A stretch of DNA of 64,000 bases, from positions 62,001 through 126,000 of the forward strand of contig NKIB01005148.1 in the NCBI GenBank assembly GCA_002256025.1. Direction: 5' to 3'. A program made the translations under genes and the position numbers. Positions 36,396 to 48,436 of this stretch are shown in pieces. Each line of letters opens with the position of its first letter. The first letter of the stretch is position 1. Origin of the DNA: Asterionella formosa. Its lineage: Eukaryota. The notes below the pieces were generated by a model. That model was given only the letters and a program-made list of their open reading frames with translations, was not told the origin of the DNA and did not search any database.

Positions 36396-37290
36396 TGTGT
36401 GTTGGCTGCTCTTGTACTTTGGCGCACACTTGTTTGTACAGTTTTGCAGACCTCGCTTGCCTCACGAGACCAGATTCACAGTTGTGTGCGTGGTGTAGAT
36501 GCGGCAATGACGAGAGCTAAAGCAGCAGACAATTAAAGTCAGAATAGCAAGAAGTAAGCGAAGAACGACCGACCGACCAAACTTTTGCAAAATAAACACT
36601 TCAACCCTGCTGATGCTTCCATTGGATCTGATAGGCCAGCCAAAATGCTGCTGTCACAAATTTCGATTTTTGGCCAAAGAAAAGGAACAAGCAAAGAAGG
36701 AAGAAGCGAAAAAAAATAAAAATTTAGCATTGTTCTTGCTTGTGCGCGTGACCTGCAGTCGTATACTAACAATCGAGATCCAGGCTGTGGGACGTAGATA
36801 TGTACGGGGTAGCAGGTACCAGGGACTGTTTTTCTACACAGGGGATGAACCGTATCGTTGATAGGTACTGGTACTTCTATTCCGGTATATGCCTCGTACG
36901 ATGGTGACGCAAGCAATGATACCGGTACCAGGTACCCGTTTTGGATAGTGTACCGGTACTATACTATGTAGCAATTTACAGAATTATACCGGTACACATT
37001 TTGTCTTGCTTCCTCTGGTACCAGGTACCAGGTACCCGGAATTTGCTTGGCTCCTTCCGCTCCGCCCGCTACCGGTATCCGTATCATAACGACTCGCGTC
37101 CACAATAGTGACTCTACCAGTATGTATTATTCTCTTGTACACGTATTACATAGCTATTCATAGTATAGCGGTATGTACTCCAGGTGGTAACAACGGCATT
37201 TGTCGATCGAGAATCACTCATTTAAATGCAATAGATTTCATACCACCAGGGTATATACAGCGAAGTTGACCCTCTTCTGTCTGCTTCGTC

Positions 37291-39639
37291 ATGTTACCCT
37301 CCGAAAAGACCCCTGCCAAAAGAAAGGCTGCAATGAATGGCGACGACGAACCAGAACAAGTCGTTGTCGACAAAGATGCAACGCCCGAGGTGCCGCCATT
37401 TCTGGGGTTTTCCCCTCCGTTGGCTCGACGATTGAGATCTACCAAGAAGCCAAAGCGAACAAGGAGTAATTCAAAAGATCGCACTCATACTTCTCAGAAG
37501 CGTGTCAAACTTGATGATGGCAACAAGGACAGCACTGAGGAGCCGGATGTCATGGAACGAGACGACGGAGACGAAACGGACGATGAGGAATCCGAACAGG
37601 ACGACGAGCAAATGACAGTGGAAGAAGATACCCCGATGGAGCCATCCCCTACGACAGAACAGCAGCCTTCGGAACAGCAACCACAACTAGTACTACCGCA
37701 AACAGCAGTCATCACGCAGTTTGAATCTATCGTCACCGCCACGAGTAACGGGACAACCATCAAACAACTGGATCGGATTGAAACTCTCAAAATGCCCTCT
37801 CAGCAGACACCCGTGAAAATTCTTGATACAAACCACGATATAATCATGGAACAACCCATTCGAGGGAATGCGGACTCGTTGAATTTAAATCATTGCTCGG
37901 CTAGCCCAGTTGAACCTCCATCGGCGACTCGCGTCACGACGGAGCGACCGCAACAGCAACTCCAGGCAGATTTGCACGACATCATGGCACTACCCGAACC
38001 ATCAACAGCAAATGGATGGATCGAGAGAACATCCATCACCATCGAGACTACAATAGCAAATATTCAAGATGTGGTTGGAACCTTGATTGTACCAAGGGCG
38101 CTGGATGGTCAGAACAATGGCGATGGAGTAGAAATGGAACAGGCGTCCTCACCTCGTTTGTTCAAATCATCAATAATGTGGTTCATGTTTGGGCTTGTCT
38201 TGCAACTGATTGCATGTTATCATCTAGGCCTTAACACCGTCGTTGAAGGCGTCCATGTTTCGACGGTACTGAAGGTGAAGCACTGGATTGGAGTTAGACT
38301 CGACGACGTGGCAATCCCCGAATACATTCAATTGCCCGATCAAATCATCACCAACACTCGTCCGTTGGAAATAGATCCCAACTTGCATTTAGGGCAGTTA
38401 CGAGATCTTGAGACCTTAGCCAGCCGGCTGAGGACGTTTGATGGATCCCTTGCTGACTTGGCCAATACACGGGTGGAGGTGGAATCGGAATTGGGGACGC
38501 TACGTTCCATAATCAACGAAAAACGTGATTTCTTCAGAAAATGGGAGACAGCCCTGGAGCAATCCGAAAGTGAAGTCCAAGAAATGATGGCTCGATCGGA
38601 CGACTCCTTAAGCATTCCACTTTCTGTGCAACGGGTTCGTGCTGCGTTGTCGCGAATGGGGGAATACTCTATTTTGACTCCTTGCATAACAGCGACTAAT
38701 GCTGCTCTGTGGAACGTGGCTTCTTCATTGCCGGCCTGTGTCATGGTGGAACCAACTCCTCCTGACGATGCATTGTTGACGCACGAGCAACTGCTCCGCG
38801 CCAAGGAAAAACTCTACAACATGGGTCGGACCGCTTTGGACCGTATGAAACAAAACGATCAAGTTTATGCAACGACGGCCCGCACATTGATTCGTCGAGC
38901 AATTGGAGATATTGCTACCAATCATACTCTTGTGGGTCGCGACGACAGCACAATGGAGAAAGAGATAATTTCTAAAGGCTTGTCCAAAAGGGAAGTGCTT
39001 GAGATAATTTCGAATCAACTCGAAAGAGAGTGGGCAGACAAAACAGGAGAAACTGATTTCGCGTCTCTCCATTCTGGATCCAGCGTCATTCGGCATGGTC
39101 CGCGAGCGACATCACCGTCACTTATTGATACGCTTCCTCTTTTCAACATGCTTTTGATGAACACCAAACTTCGCTTCTATGGATATGGCCCAGAGGCTGC
39201 ATTGACTCCCACCAAACCTTCCAATGCTCTTGGTCAATGTTGGTCATTCTCGGATGCCTCTAGGAGTAAAAAACGACAAATTAAGAATGCACATCGAATC
39301 GACAACACCAATGGAAAGTACGCTACTCTCTCCGTCAAGCTAGCCAAACCAATCAGTATTCGTGCTGTTATTTTAGAACATCCATCCTTCACTACAGGGC
39401 AACCTCAAAGTGCCGTGCACCAATTCCGTGTCTTTGGATACATTGATGGACTTGCGGCTGAAAGACCAGTTGCTCTTGGCGAGTTTACGTTTGAAAATGC
39501 CAATTCAATGCAAATCTTTCCCATATCCGAAAAGCCAAATATGAAATTTCAGTCAGTTACATTGGCGATTGATTCAAATTATGGGTACGATTACACGTGT
39601 CTGTATCGATTCCGTGTTCAAGGGAGATTGGAAGAGTAA
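37291..39639 (+). CDS. SUN-domain (Sad1/UNC-84) inner nuclear membrane protein
   Basis: Basic NLS-like and acidic N-terminus, TM helix, coiled coil, then a C-terminal SUN domain (GQCWSF, VILEHP, SAVHQFRVFG, SNYGYDYTCLYRFRVQG). Confidence 0.92.
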   Translation: MLPSEKTPAKRKAAMNGDDEPEQVVVDKDATPEVPPFLGFSPPLARRLRSTKKPKRTRSNSKDRTHTSQKRVKLDDGNKDSTEEPDVMERDDGDETDDEESEQDDEQMTVEEDTPMEPSPTTEQQPSEQQPQLVLPQTAVITQFESIVTATSNGTTIKQLDRIETLKMPSQQTPVKILDTNHDIIMEQPIRGNADSLNLNHCSASPVEPPSATRVTTERPQQQLQADLHDIMALPEPSTANGWIERTSITIETTIANIQDVVGTLIVPRALDGQNNGDGVEMEQASSPRLFKSSIMWFMFGLVLQLIACYHLGLNTVVEGVHVSTVLKVKHWIGVRLDDVAIPEYIQLPDQIITNTRPLEIDPNLHLGQLRDLETLASRLRTFDGSLADLANTRVEVESELGTLRSIINEKRDFFRKWETALEQSESEVQEMMARSDDSLSIPLSVQRVRAALSRMGEYSILTPCITATNAALWNVASSLPACVMVEPTPPDDALLTHEQLLRAKEKLYNMGRTALDRMKQNDQVYATTARTLIRRAIGDIATNHTLVGRDDSTMEKEIISKGLSKREVLEIISNQLEREWADKTGETDFASLHSGSSVIRHGPRATSPSLIDTLPLFNMLLMNTKLRFYGYGPEAALTPTKPSNALGQCWSFSDASRSKKRQIKNAHRIDNTNGKYATLSVKLAKPISIRAVILEHPSFTTGQPQSAVHQFRVFGYIDGLAAERPVALGEFTFENANSMQIFPISEKPNMKFQSVTLAIDSNYGYDYTCLYRFRVQGRLEE

Positions 39640-40206
39640 AACACGCCATCACGGTACAATAGTCTAAATTTCATCGAGAGATGTCGTTGTCAAGAAATTC
39701 AAGATGTTTCCTATTTACACATCTAGGTCAATTGTTCTGTCAGCTTGCCCTTGAGTTTGAGGTTGCAGAGATAATTGTTGGCTTCACTCTCTTTTTCTCC
39801 GCACAAAATTTAAAAGAAGGGGAATACCATTTGCGACACTCTTTAGAAGCAGATTCTAATGCCGAGTGAATTCAGGAGCTCTCATGTCTCCCGGAGAGTC
39901 ACTTTATAGGTGCTACTAGGGCATATATTTTTTATTCCTTTCTTGCATGATAAGAAAATTACATTTTAATAATTTGAGACAAGAGACTAATCTTTCTGGA
40001 TATCAAATGAGTATAAATACAGACCATGATTATCAAGATGGCAAAATGTTGCGTGGTGTGCACACGACTATTAGAGAGTCGATTAAGTGTTACATCATAG
40101 CAGAGTAGGACTAAGAATCAAGAAGGGAGACAAATAAACTATGAGGCTTATATATATATGACCGAGAAAGTAGGTGAGCACCTACAGGTTTCAAGTCTGG
40201 CCAACA

Positions 40207-41036
40207 CTAAATGGCCTTTTCAATGACAAAAATCTGGTCCTCCGGTTTGACGTCGTCACGAAGCAAGTTAGAAACTATGTTCATTAGTGAGCTGACTGAA
40301 TTTCCAGCAAAGGCCGCTCTGAATTTGTCCTCCCTAACTTGCACGCCACCAATGCCTTCGATACGCTTCATCAAAGTGTCAATTTCTTCCTTGTCAACAA
40401 CCATATCCTTATCTTTGTCAGACGCCATGACCACACTCAACAAGTTTTGCATCACGGTACCCTTCAAGTTTGCCTAGAATAAAATAATTTTGAGTAGCTT
40501 AGCAAGGAATGTTTGCTGGTCTATGTAATGCCAGGAGTGAAAATTCCACATACCTTCATATTTTTGAGAATTTCTTTGTTTTTTTCTACTTGTTCCGAAA
40601 ACACAGAAATCGACTTTCCCTCTGTCTTACTGATTGTATCCAGCGCTAACTGCACATCTTCCAATCGACCCACAGTTGCTGACAATTCTTCAATAGATGT
40701 TGATAAACGCTCATTTTCCGCATGCAACCGATCCACTTCCACTTGGATTGCTTCATGGGTTTCTTGCAAGGCTTTGATATCGGTCAATCGTGTTTGTTGC
40801 CAATAGGCATAGGGTCCCATAGCACAGGACAGCAATCCTGCCAAAATCACAATTGCTGATTGTTCAATAATAATCGCAGCAAGAGAAGTCGCCACTGCAA
40901 TGCCAGCGACAATTCCAGCGACACGTTCCATGGCCGTTGTTTCCTTGATTGGTTTGAGGACGCCGCGATCTGTTGGCGGCTCTGGTGGAAGACCACCTCC
41001 TCCTACTTCAATATCCAAGGGTTCCGTGCTCGCCAT
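40207..41036 (-). CDS. Hypothetical membrane protein with coiled coil and EF-hand-like loop, 2 exons (intron 40474..40553)
   Basis: MASTEPLDIE..., two hydrophobic segments, a heptad-rich stretch, and ...LKNMK|ANLKGTVMQNLL..SDKDKDMVVDKEE. GTATGT..TAG intron. Confidence 0.8.
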
Positions 41037-41854
41037 GGTTGCTTCAGGAATGGAATAGTCCGAGGGCAAGTGCAGGGACGACAGTATAATAGAAGAATGG
41101 CGCTGTCGACCTTTTTGTTCATATTTTACTATGCATGTAAAACATTTTACTATAGAGTATATACCGGTAATATAGTCTACCGTAGTATGATGAATGAACA
41201 GATTCATTTCTACAACGTAATATGCCACACAAAAAAGCATCATGCACAGTACTACGATCGTGCGTACCTGCCCGTATCTTACAAATGACCAATTTAGGAC
41301 ATCTTAGTTCCCTTTATTGGAGCACTGTCGGCAATTGTGAGCAGCAGTGTGAAGGTGCCCTCAGATGATCTGCAAGTATCAGGAGATGCAACCCCTAACT
41401 ATGAACAAATTGGACACTCTTCTTTGATGGTTTCCTCATCAGAGATGAATGCAAGATGATAGACAATATACTCATGTAATAGTCAGATCTTTTTGAACTA
41501 TACCTCTTCTTGCAATTAGCTTCTCTGTTCTTATTATTGTGCTCTTGTTGTCAAGAAGATGTTTGCAGGCCCATGTCATAATCAAGAATAATAAAGGAAA
41601 CTTCAAGTCTGCAGGCTAATATGGCATATTTAGTTTAATTTCAATTCCAGAATAGTTTTTGGTGTGCTCTTGAATGTGCCTATGCCTACCATGTTGGTGA
41701 AAAAATGTAGTTGACAGTTGTTGTGCTGACAAGATAGAAGAATGGACACGGACTAAGGGAGAATTTACTCTCTCTTTTGATTTCAATACCAATGAGATCG
41801 AAATTATGCCTGGTGGTATAAAATCTTGTTCCTCCCTACAGCAAAATGACTAAC

Positions 41855-42508
41855 TCAAGGCTTTTCCGTCCTTGACATACCTGTCTTTTCATTATAATAA
41901 TAAGATTTCCCATCTCCCAAATTTGTGACAATGGACCAGTCACTTGGCTTTTTGTCTCCAGCGACCTTGGATACGGCCTTGTTGGCGGCATTTTTGAAAG
42001 GGAGTTTGGGGATGAGAGGCGACGCCACACGGACTGTAGCCACACCAGCTTCATCCGTCACAATATCCACATCCAGATGGGTTCCTATGAGTCCCTTGAC
42101 GTCGAATTCAAGATGGCCCGTCGTGGCCCCCTTAATTGCCGCCACCTTATCCTTGGGCGACTTGATAGTAATGGACGGATTGTTGATACTGCCGTCGGCT
42201 ACCTTGGTATATGTTCCGGAGATGATCTTGCCAATGATCGGGAGATCGTTGATGTCGACATTAATGGATGTGGGAGGAATACTATTCAATTCAATTTGTC
42301 CCGCCGAGTTGGATGCTTCCACAGGCGCAATCGAGAGCAAAAATGTAAGAGCGGCAGTGGCCGTGGCAGCAACGAAGGGATTGCGTCTCTTTACTGCGGC
42401 CATTTGGCTCTTGGTTGGTGCTGGTTGCTGCATTCCATTGGAAGGCATATACGCCGTTGCGGCGACAGCAAGCGCTAAGAAACAGGAAGCAACTCGTAGG
42501 ATCGCCAT
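41855..42508 (-). CDS. Targeted protein with C-terminal atypical WW domain
   Basis: Signal peptide (ATA-YMP), a second KRR-hydrophobic-VEA segment, and C-terminal SDWSIVTNLGDGKSYYYNEKTGMSRTEKP. Confidence 0.78.
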   Translation of the reverse strand: MAILRVASCFLALAVAATAYMPSNGMQQPAPTKSQMAAVKRRNPFVAATATAALTFLLSIAPVEASNSAGQIELNSIPPTSINVDINDLPIIGKIISGTYTKVADGSINNPSITIKSPKDKVAAIKGATTGHLEFDVKGLIGTHLDVDIVTDEAGVATVRVASPLIPKLPFKNAANKAVSKVAGDKKPSDWSIVTNLGDGKSYYYNEKTGMSRTEKP

Positions 42509-43354
42509 CTTATTCAAAGATCTTAAACATAACACATATCACATCCATAAGAATACGGAGTACTGGTGTGTCCTATACCAGGCAGGTATCATCACTGCAA
42601 GCGATCTATGAAAAAGATCTTCATCAACATCCCAGATTCGACCCACCAAAAAATAGATCTTTTTTGAGTTTATTTATTGCAATATGTTTATGTCAACACC
42701 CTCCTACCGGAATGTACGACAGGTCTTAGTTGTTGTCCTGGCGACTACAATATATTAAACATATTTATATCGGTACCACTGGTGCTAGGTGCCAGCATCG
42801 AAAGAACCGGTAATGTTTTATTCTGCATGATTCATGTAAGAAAAATGAAGATTTGTACAATACTACCGGTATACAACAACAATGTTTAAGTTAGGTACCA
42901 TGTCACGTCACATCTGATGAGAAATCTGATTCAAAACAAGAATTCAGATGAAATTATGCAATTAAAATTTTTTCTGGATCTTGTTGCAAGAACAGGATTG
43001 ATAAGGTCTGTGTATTTGACCCTCGCAAGCAGGCTGCCTATCATTGCTCTGCACTTTATCTGCTGCTGGCAATTGTAACTATGTACCAGATAAGAAGTCA
43101 TCAATGGAGAAAAGTAGCCCAGCACCTCCCAAGGGCAGGGTCCAAACCACGCTATCCACTTTCTTCTTGGGGGGAGAGGGGGGTTAATGCCCATATAAGA
43201 TTGAAGTATTTACAGCATCACCATCGCAAAACCTTGTTGTACTGGTTTGACTCCCAGTTGATTGTCAAATGCCATTGCTGGAATGACTTCTAATGATAGC
43301 TATGCATGTCTTCTTTCATCAACCTCCTTCAATAGGCACAGTTTGCCATTTGCT

Positions 43355-43570
43355 TAGTGCAACACGAAGACATAAAGAAGGCATGAAGAGGAAATAATCT
43401 CGGCAATTGAGTCTTGGTGGGTGTATCTTTGTTCCATCATCATTTTTGGAGACTGAAGCGATTCGGGATTGCTGTATGGGAAGGAGGCTGTTAGGTGCAG
43501 GTTGATACACTTGGAAGCAAATTTGCTGGTGTCCCATGAGGTGTCCAGCCAGCCATATCCAACAATCCTC
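43355..43570 (-). repeat. Dispersed repeat, inverted copy of 61975..62172
   Basis: Shares CACCTCATGGGA, TTTGCTTCCAAG, CCTGCACCTAACAGCCTCCTTCCCATACAGCAAT and TTCCTCTTCATGCCTTC with the 62-kb copy. Confidence 0.85.
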
Positions 43571-43769
43571 CCCAATGTCACCATCATTCCTTAGGAGGAC
43601 AAACGATTCACTCTATCTATTCATAGATAATGAATTAAATAAATATAGACTCAAAAGAGTTAAAATATTCGACTATAGAGAAAAGTGAAGAAATGAAAAT
43701 AAAAAATCCTTAAATAACCATTGGCCTACATGATGTTCCTCCCATAGACAACATACCGGGCCAAAATTT

Positions 43770-43848
43770 CCATCCATTACAAGGACTGCCTGCTCCACGT
43801 GATTAGCAATTGAATAGTCTTAAGGCGCTCTAAAAATGAAATTAATTG
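43770..43848 (-). repeat. Transposon-end-like motif (AGCGCCTTAAGAC family)
   Basis: The reverse complement CAATTAATTTCATTTTTAGAGCGCCTTAAGACTATTCAA...GTGGAGCAGGCAGTC resembles 53932..53995 and 54395..54430. Confidence 0.6.
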
Positions 43849-44138
43849 TTAGAATTACATTAGCTATACATAGGATTTATCATGGGGATTGTGTCAAAAA
43901 AATAGATCATATCTGCTGAATTTCAGGGTTCATCAGAAACTTTGGAAGCAACAAATTTCATATCGCAGGCATTTTGGTCTACATCATGCCCACTAGAAAC
44001 TCCCGTTATTCACTTCTGGAACTAACTACCAGTAGAGTAATAAAAACTAGACTGATAATTACCGGTAATTCGTTCAAGGCTTATCAGTGTAAATTACCCA
44101 CCAGCTATACATTATGTAGCCAATCCGCTAATGCAGTG

Positions 44139-44232
44139 CTGGCAAGCTGCGGTCATTTTGCATGAAGACAATTTAATTAGGGATAAAGACTGCTAAATCT
44201 TTAGTTCAGCAAAATTAACGCAACTTGCCTGG
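44139..44232. mobile_element. Solo ~95-bp unit homologous to the TIRs of the 47157..47935 MITE
   Basis: GGCAAGCTGCGGTCATTTTGC...GGATAAAGACTGCTAAATCTTTAGTTCAGCAAAATTAACGCAACTTGCC, followed by TGG-TA. Confidence 0.8.
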
Positions 44233-44444
44233 TATGCATGTGCACATGAGTACCGGTATATACCACGGTACCTTAACCTGTGCTATAGGTATGGCTTTTT
44301 ACGTACCGGTCGTTGTAAAATATCAAATATCACACATCACCACCGCACCTAAGCATTCAGCACAAAAGATACAATTCCATTATTTGCTTACGGTACTCTT
44401 TATGTATAGGAGATAGATTAGAATCATCCACAGCATTTTTAACC

Positions 44445-45209
44445 ATGGTGAAGATAGCAACCTTTACCACCACTATGGGGGTCTTCAAGGCCGAGATTTA
44501 CGATGATAAGATGCCTATCACTGCGTGAGTTATTCAGGAGGAGGAGTGAACGAATGAATGCAGCTCCGGCGTGACTTGTTCCTCATTGCGCTAACCCCTG
44601 TATATTTTTTCACAACAACTCATACATGCATGCAGCGGCAACTTCATCGACTTGGCCAACACTGGATTTTATGACGGGATTCATTTTCATCGAGTCATCC
44701 CTGATTTTATGGACCAATTTGGGTGCCCATATGCCAAGGACCCCAAGTCCAACCGTGCTGGCACTGGCGGGCCCAAGCCTGGGTCTACATTTATGGGATG
44801 CAATGGTGTCATGTACAAGCGCAACGAAGAAGGAGGCATCCCGGACGAATTGACACAAAAGATTTCCAATGAGCCGGGTACGTTGAGCATGGCGAATACA
44901 GGCCAACCAGAATCAGGTGGATCACAGTTTTTTATCAATGTCGCACACAATGACTTCTTGGATTGGTTCGATCGATCCTCGCCAAGTGCTCATCCTGTTT
45001 TTGGAAAGGTAAGGAGTGTTAGAGGATACAATATTATTGTATGTCTATGTATTCCACTACACCAAAATGAAACTTAACTATTGTATCTGACTTTGTGCAT
45101 TGGTCAGATCTGTGAAGGATATGATGTTGTTGTCAAGATCTCAAAGGCTCGCTCCCGTGACGACAATCCCATTGAACCCATCAAGATGATTTCTGTTCGT
45201 GTTGCCTAA
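44445..45209 (+). CDS. Cyclophilin-type peptidyl-prolyl cis-trans isomerase, 3 exons (introns 44525..44635, 45009..45107)
   Basis: [56 protein letters not shown]...[21 protein letters not shown]...[19 protein letters not shown]. Confidence 0.95.
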
Positions 45210-46054
45210 AAAGTTATTTTTTAAGAAACAGCGATTTTCAGGTTACCTTTAAAACTTATAAGGTAGTGTCTTCACACATTCCTGACCGTTGCTTTTGTCG
45301 ACACATCGTGAATGCGGGCCTGTGATTTTTAATTTAAATGTTGTTCCCTTATATCCTTATATCTCTACATGGTATGGAGGTCAGATGTCTACGGGTAGTA
45401 TAGTGAGGAACCTTACTCTAGGTGTTAGGCCTACGTAATCCTGCGGTGTTTGCCAATCCAAGGCAACTCAACACTACCCTGAACTTTGCCGACCTATTCC
45501 TCACTGATCCACGTGACACATGTAGAATTGCGATGGACGCATGACAGTAAACAGTATGCCGGTAGTCATTGGTATACATAGCTATTACATGATGAAGCCA
45601 GGTACGTTCTGGTTATCATTTCCTCTTGAGAAGCAAAACACAAAAGCCAAGCATGCATTGGAGGATACCTACTATCCATAGTATTAAGTACATTTTGGAC
45701 GTGCCTCCACACAGCAGTTATTACATCGTATGTACAGTGTGTCTATGTATGGTGGAGCAAAACCAGTATCCATCATAATATGTACACATACATAACAGTT
45801 CTAGGCATAATCTGAATTAATTATATACCAGTAGCTGATGGATATAGTCTCAACTTAAGTTAGCCCATCGCTCATTGAATTTTGTCTCACTTGCACACGG
45901 ATATATGCAGGCTAATAGTACCAGGAATAAATCTAGAAGTCTACAAGTACAGTAACATGTACTCTTATTATAAATAGATATCTCCAGTAGATGCCAAGAG
46001 TACTAATAGTCTATTAGTCTTGGGTCTATGATATCTAATACTGAGGACATGTCA

Positions 46055-46900
46055 CTAATTAGTGTATGGTACAATAAAACACCCAAGCATACCCTGTCCA
46101 TCCCACGGTTGAGGTGTCAAAGTGAGTTTATGAATTTCTTCATTTCGAAGGACCACCACAGTCAATGATTCTTGCCTTTCTACAGTGGCTGGAACTAATT
46201 CCGCAATCGCTGGAAGAGGGTGAGGATGGTCATAGTCGATTGCTCCAAACTTAACCACTAGGTCACCTTCCTCAAGTCCGGCAAAGGCAGAGGGAGAATG
46301 TGATGCCACAGCATCGATGCGAGCAAAGGGTACTAACTTTGGTAACTGATTTTCCGTGGTCGGTGGAGCAACTACAGTAGCAGCCTCAGTAGCAGTAACA
46401 GCAGCAGCAGCAGTAGCATTCAGGGCAGCCTGTTCTTCATGATGTGTAGCCTCTGCCAAGGTGTCGAACGATCTCTGATCCCCTCCTGCAATACCTGCAA
46501 CAGTTCCATCCCAATTTTTCACGACCCATTTCCCAGTAATGGGGTCGAATTTGGGCTTTGGTTTGGGTGCACGGCGTAAGGCTTCTTCTTCCGGGCTGTT
46601 GAGTGATGCCATTGCTTCCAGACACTTCTCCATTTGTTTCATCAAGGCCTTGTGGTCCGTTTGAATGACTGCCAATTGCCCACGCAAGCTCCGCGCTCGA
46701 TAGACATCAATATCCCCTCTAGGGTAACCGTCCATGTCCACAAGAGGAGTGTCAATACCCATGGGTGGTGAGCCGTCCAAGGAAACTGCTGTGAGTTCCG
46801 ATGTGATGGTGTCAGCTTCCAACTCGAGTGTTTTCCGCTTCACATCGAGTGCCTTGAGGGTATTGCGATAGTCGGTAAGAGGATCTGATGTATTAGTCAT
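46055..46900 (-). CDS. PSMD9: 26S proteasome assembly chaperone p27/Nas2
   Basis: Nas2_N motif PLVDMDGYPRGDIDVYRARSLR...IQTDHKALM and a C-terminal PDZ-like domain PFARIDAVASHSPS..AGLEEGD...LTPQPWDGQGMLGC. Confidence 0.93.
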   Translation of the reverse strand: MTNTSDPLTDYRNTLKALDVKRKTLELEADTITSELTAVSLDGSPPMGIDTPLVDMDGYPRGDIDVYRARSLRGQLAVIQTDHKALMKQMEKCLEAMASLNSPEEEALRRAPKPKPKFDPITGKWVVKNWDGTVAGIAGGDQRSFDTLAEATHHEEQAALNATAAAAVTATEAATVVAPPTTENQLPKLVPFARIDAVASHSPSAFAGLEEGDLVVKFGAIDYDHPHPLPAIAELVPATVERQESLTVVVLRNEEIHKLTLTPQPWDGQGMLGCFIVPYTN

Positions 46901-47156
46901 GGTGGCGCTTTTGATTTTGCTGTGGTGTAGTCTATATGCTATGGGTACGAACGACGACGACGACGATGACAGGAAAATGAAGAAGAGAAGCCATCCATCA
47001 ATCACATCATAAATATACTTACTGTATACAGAATGAAATTTACAGTCCTTGGTACACGTAGGATGTATGAAGAGTGGAATACATCATGTGAGACGTAAAA
47101 TAGAATGATCATCATCGTGTACCGGTACTGGTACCTGACGATACCAGATACCAGTA

Positions 47157-47935
47157 CCAGCAAGTTGCGGTAATTGTGCTGAAACTAAAGGTTTAGCTAT
47201 CTTTATCCTATATTAAATTCTTTATTTAAGCCAAATGACCGCAAACTTGCAGGTCCTCGCAACTGATGCTACCTGGTACTCACCAGGTATCACCTAAGTG
47301 GTGTAGCACCAGGGTACAAGTAAGTTGCTGCAATTTTGTTGACATCACCATCTCAGCTACCGGTATGTAAAATGTAGTCGTACCTTTGACCCAATACTTA
47401 GTGCAATGTGCTGGCCAGCACATAATGCCGTTAATTTTCATTCGTTGCATGATTTCGAATAGGGATTTAAGCTCTAAATATGATCATTTCGGCAGATATA
47501 GCAAAACGTTTCGATTTGAGTAAACTTACGGTACTTTAATCGAGTACGGTAAAGTTTAGATTGGGTCATTGGGTCATTGCAAAATTGAAGCAAAGTTTAC
47601 CTTATCTGCCAAATCAAAAAGATTTTGCTATATCCGCCAAAGTGATCATATTTATACCAAAGGAAATTGATGGTGTGCCAACTCGAAAGCATCAAGTTTC
47701 AAATTTTGGTGTTTTATTTCTTCAGGTTGGTAATCATAAGATACGTGTATCTTACACATCAGACAGTTGCCGTCGGGCCAGTCACCACGCAAAATTACCC
47801 CAACTTCTTCGAGGTATTTGGTGCTCCCCATGGCTACCTCCAGCAAGTTGCGGTCATTTTGCTTAAACTAACAATTTAATCTTGGATAAAGATAGCTAAA
47901 TCTTTAGTTTCAGCAGAATTACCGCAACTTGCTGA
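47157..47935. mobile_element. MITE with ~95-bp TIRs, flanked by TA on both sides
   Basis: 47158..47252 (CAGCAAGTTGCGGTAATTGTGCTGAAACTAAAGGTTTAGCTATCTTTATCC...) is a close inverted match to 47841..47934. The interior is non-coding. Confidence 0.85.
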
Positions 47936-48436
47936 TACCAGTACCTGGAACCTGGTACCAGGTACCCCCTATGATGAAATCGATACATGCATTTAATCAA
48001 GTATCGGTTCCGGACATATACCGGTAGTGATTTGGACTCTTATGGTAAATTCATTCGTGTGTGGCTGACCTTACTACTGTACTGTACAGTCGAGTAAACT
48101 ACCGGTATTTACATAACACTTCAGATGGAATATCAGACATACGGTGTACTATAAACAAATAGCTATTGTGTATAAAAGATATTTGAAAGAATTGGGATTT
48201 CGAGAATGTACGTATGTATATATGTACGAGTTGGCCGGCATATTGCTTTCCATCGGATCGAGGAGGAGGTGCATATTTTTTGTCCAAAATTACAATTTGC
48301 TTTGATGCTGAAAACGCATGAATAACAATGACTAATGATAACCCACGATGACTATTTCCCGTGCCGGTAAAAGTCGCGGAAAGACCATGCCGCAAACGGT
48401 ACATCACGCAAAAATCTGGAATCATTGTCTGTCACG

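Noticed and set aside
41925..42611. 228-aa plus-strand ORF and similar long antisense ORFs elsewhere (e.g. 6482..6943, 27015..27458, 38340..38804)
   Set aside because: They are shadows of well-supported genes on the opposite strand and have no motifs of their own.
42914..42953. Hammerhead ribozyme (CTGATGA...hairpin...GAAA)
   Set aside because: The ATCTGA/TCAGAT stem is out of register with the core by 3 nt, and I could not form stems I and III.
46901..47005. Signal-peptide-like in-frame extension of PSMD9 (WLLFFIFLSSSSSSF)
   Set aside because: It starts at GTG with no in-frame ATG, derives from a pyrimidine-rich/(TCG)n leader, and PSMD9 is cytosolic.
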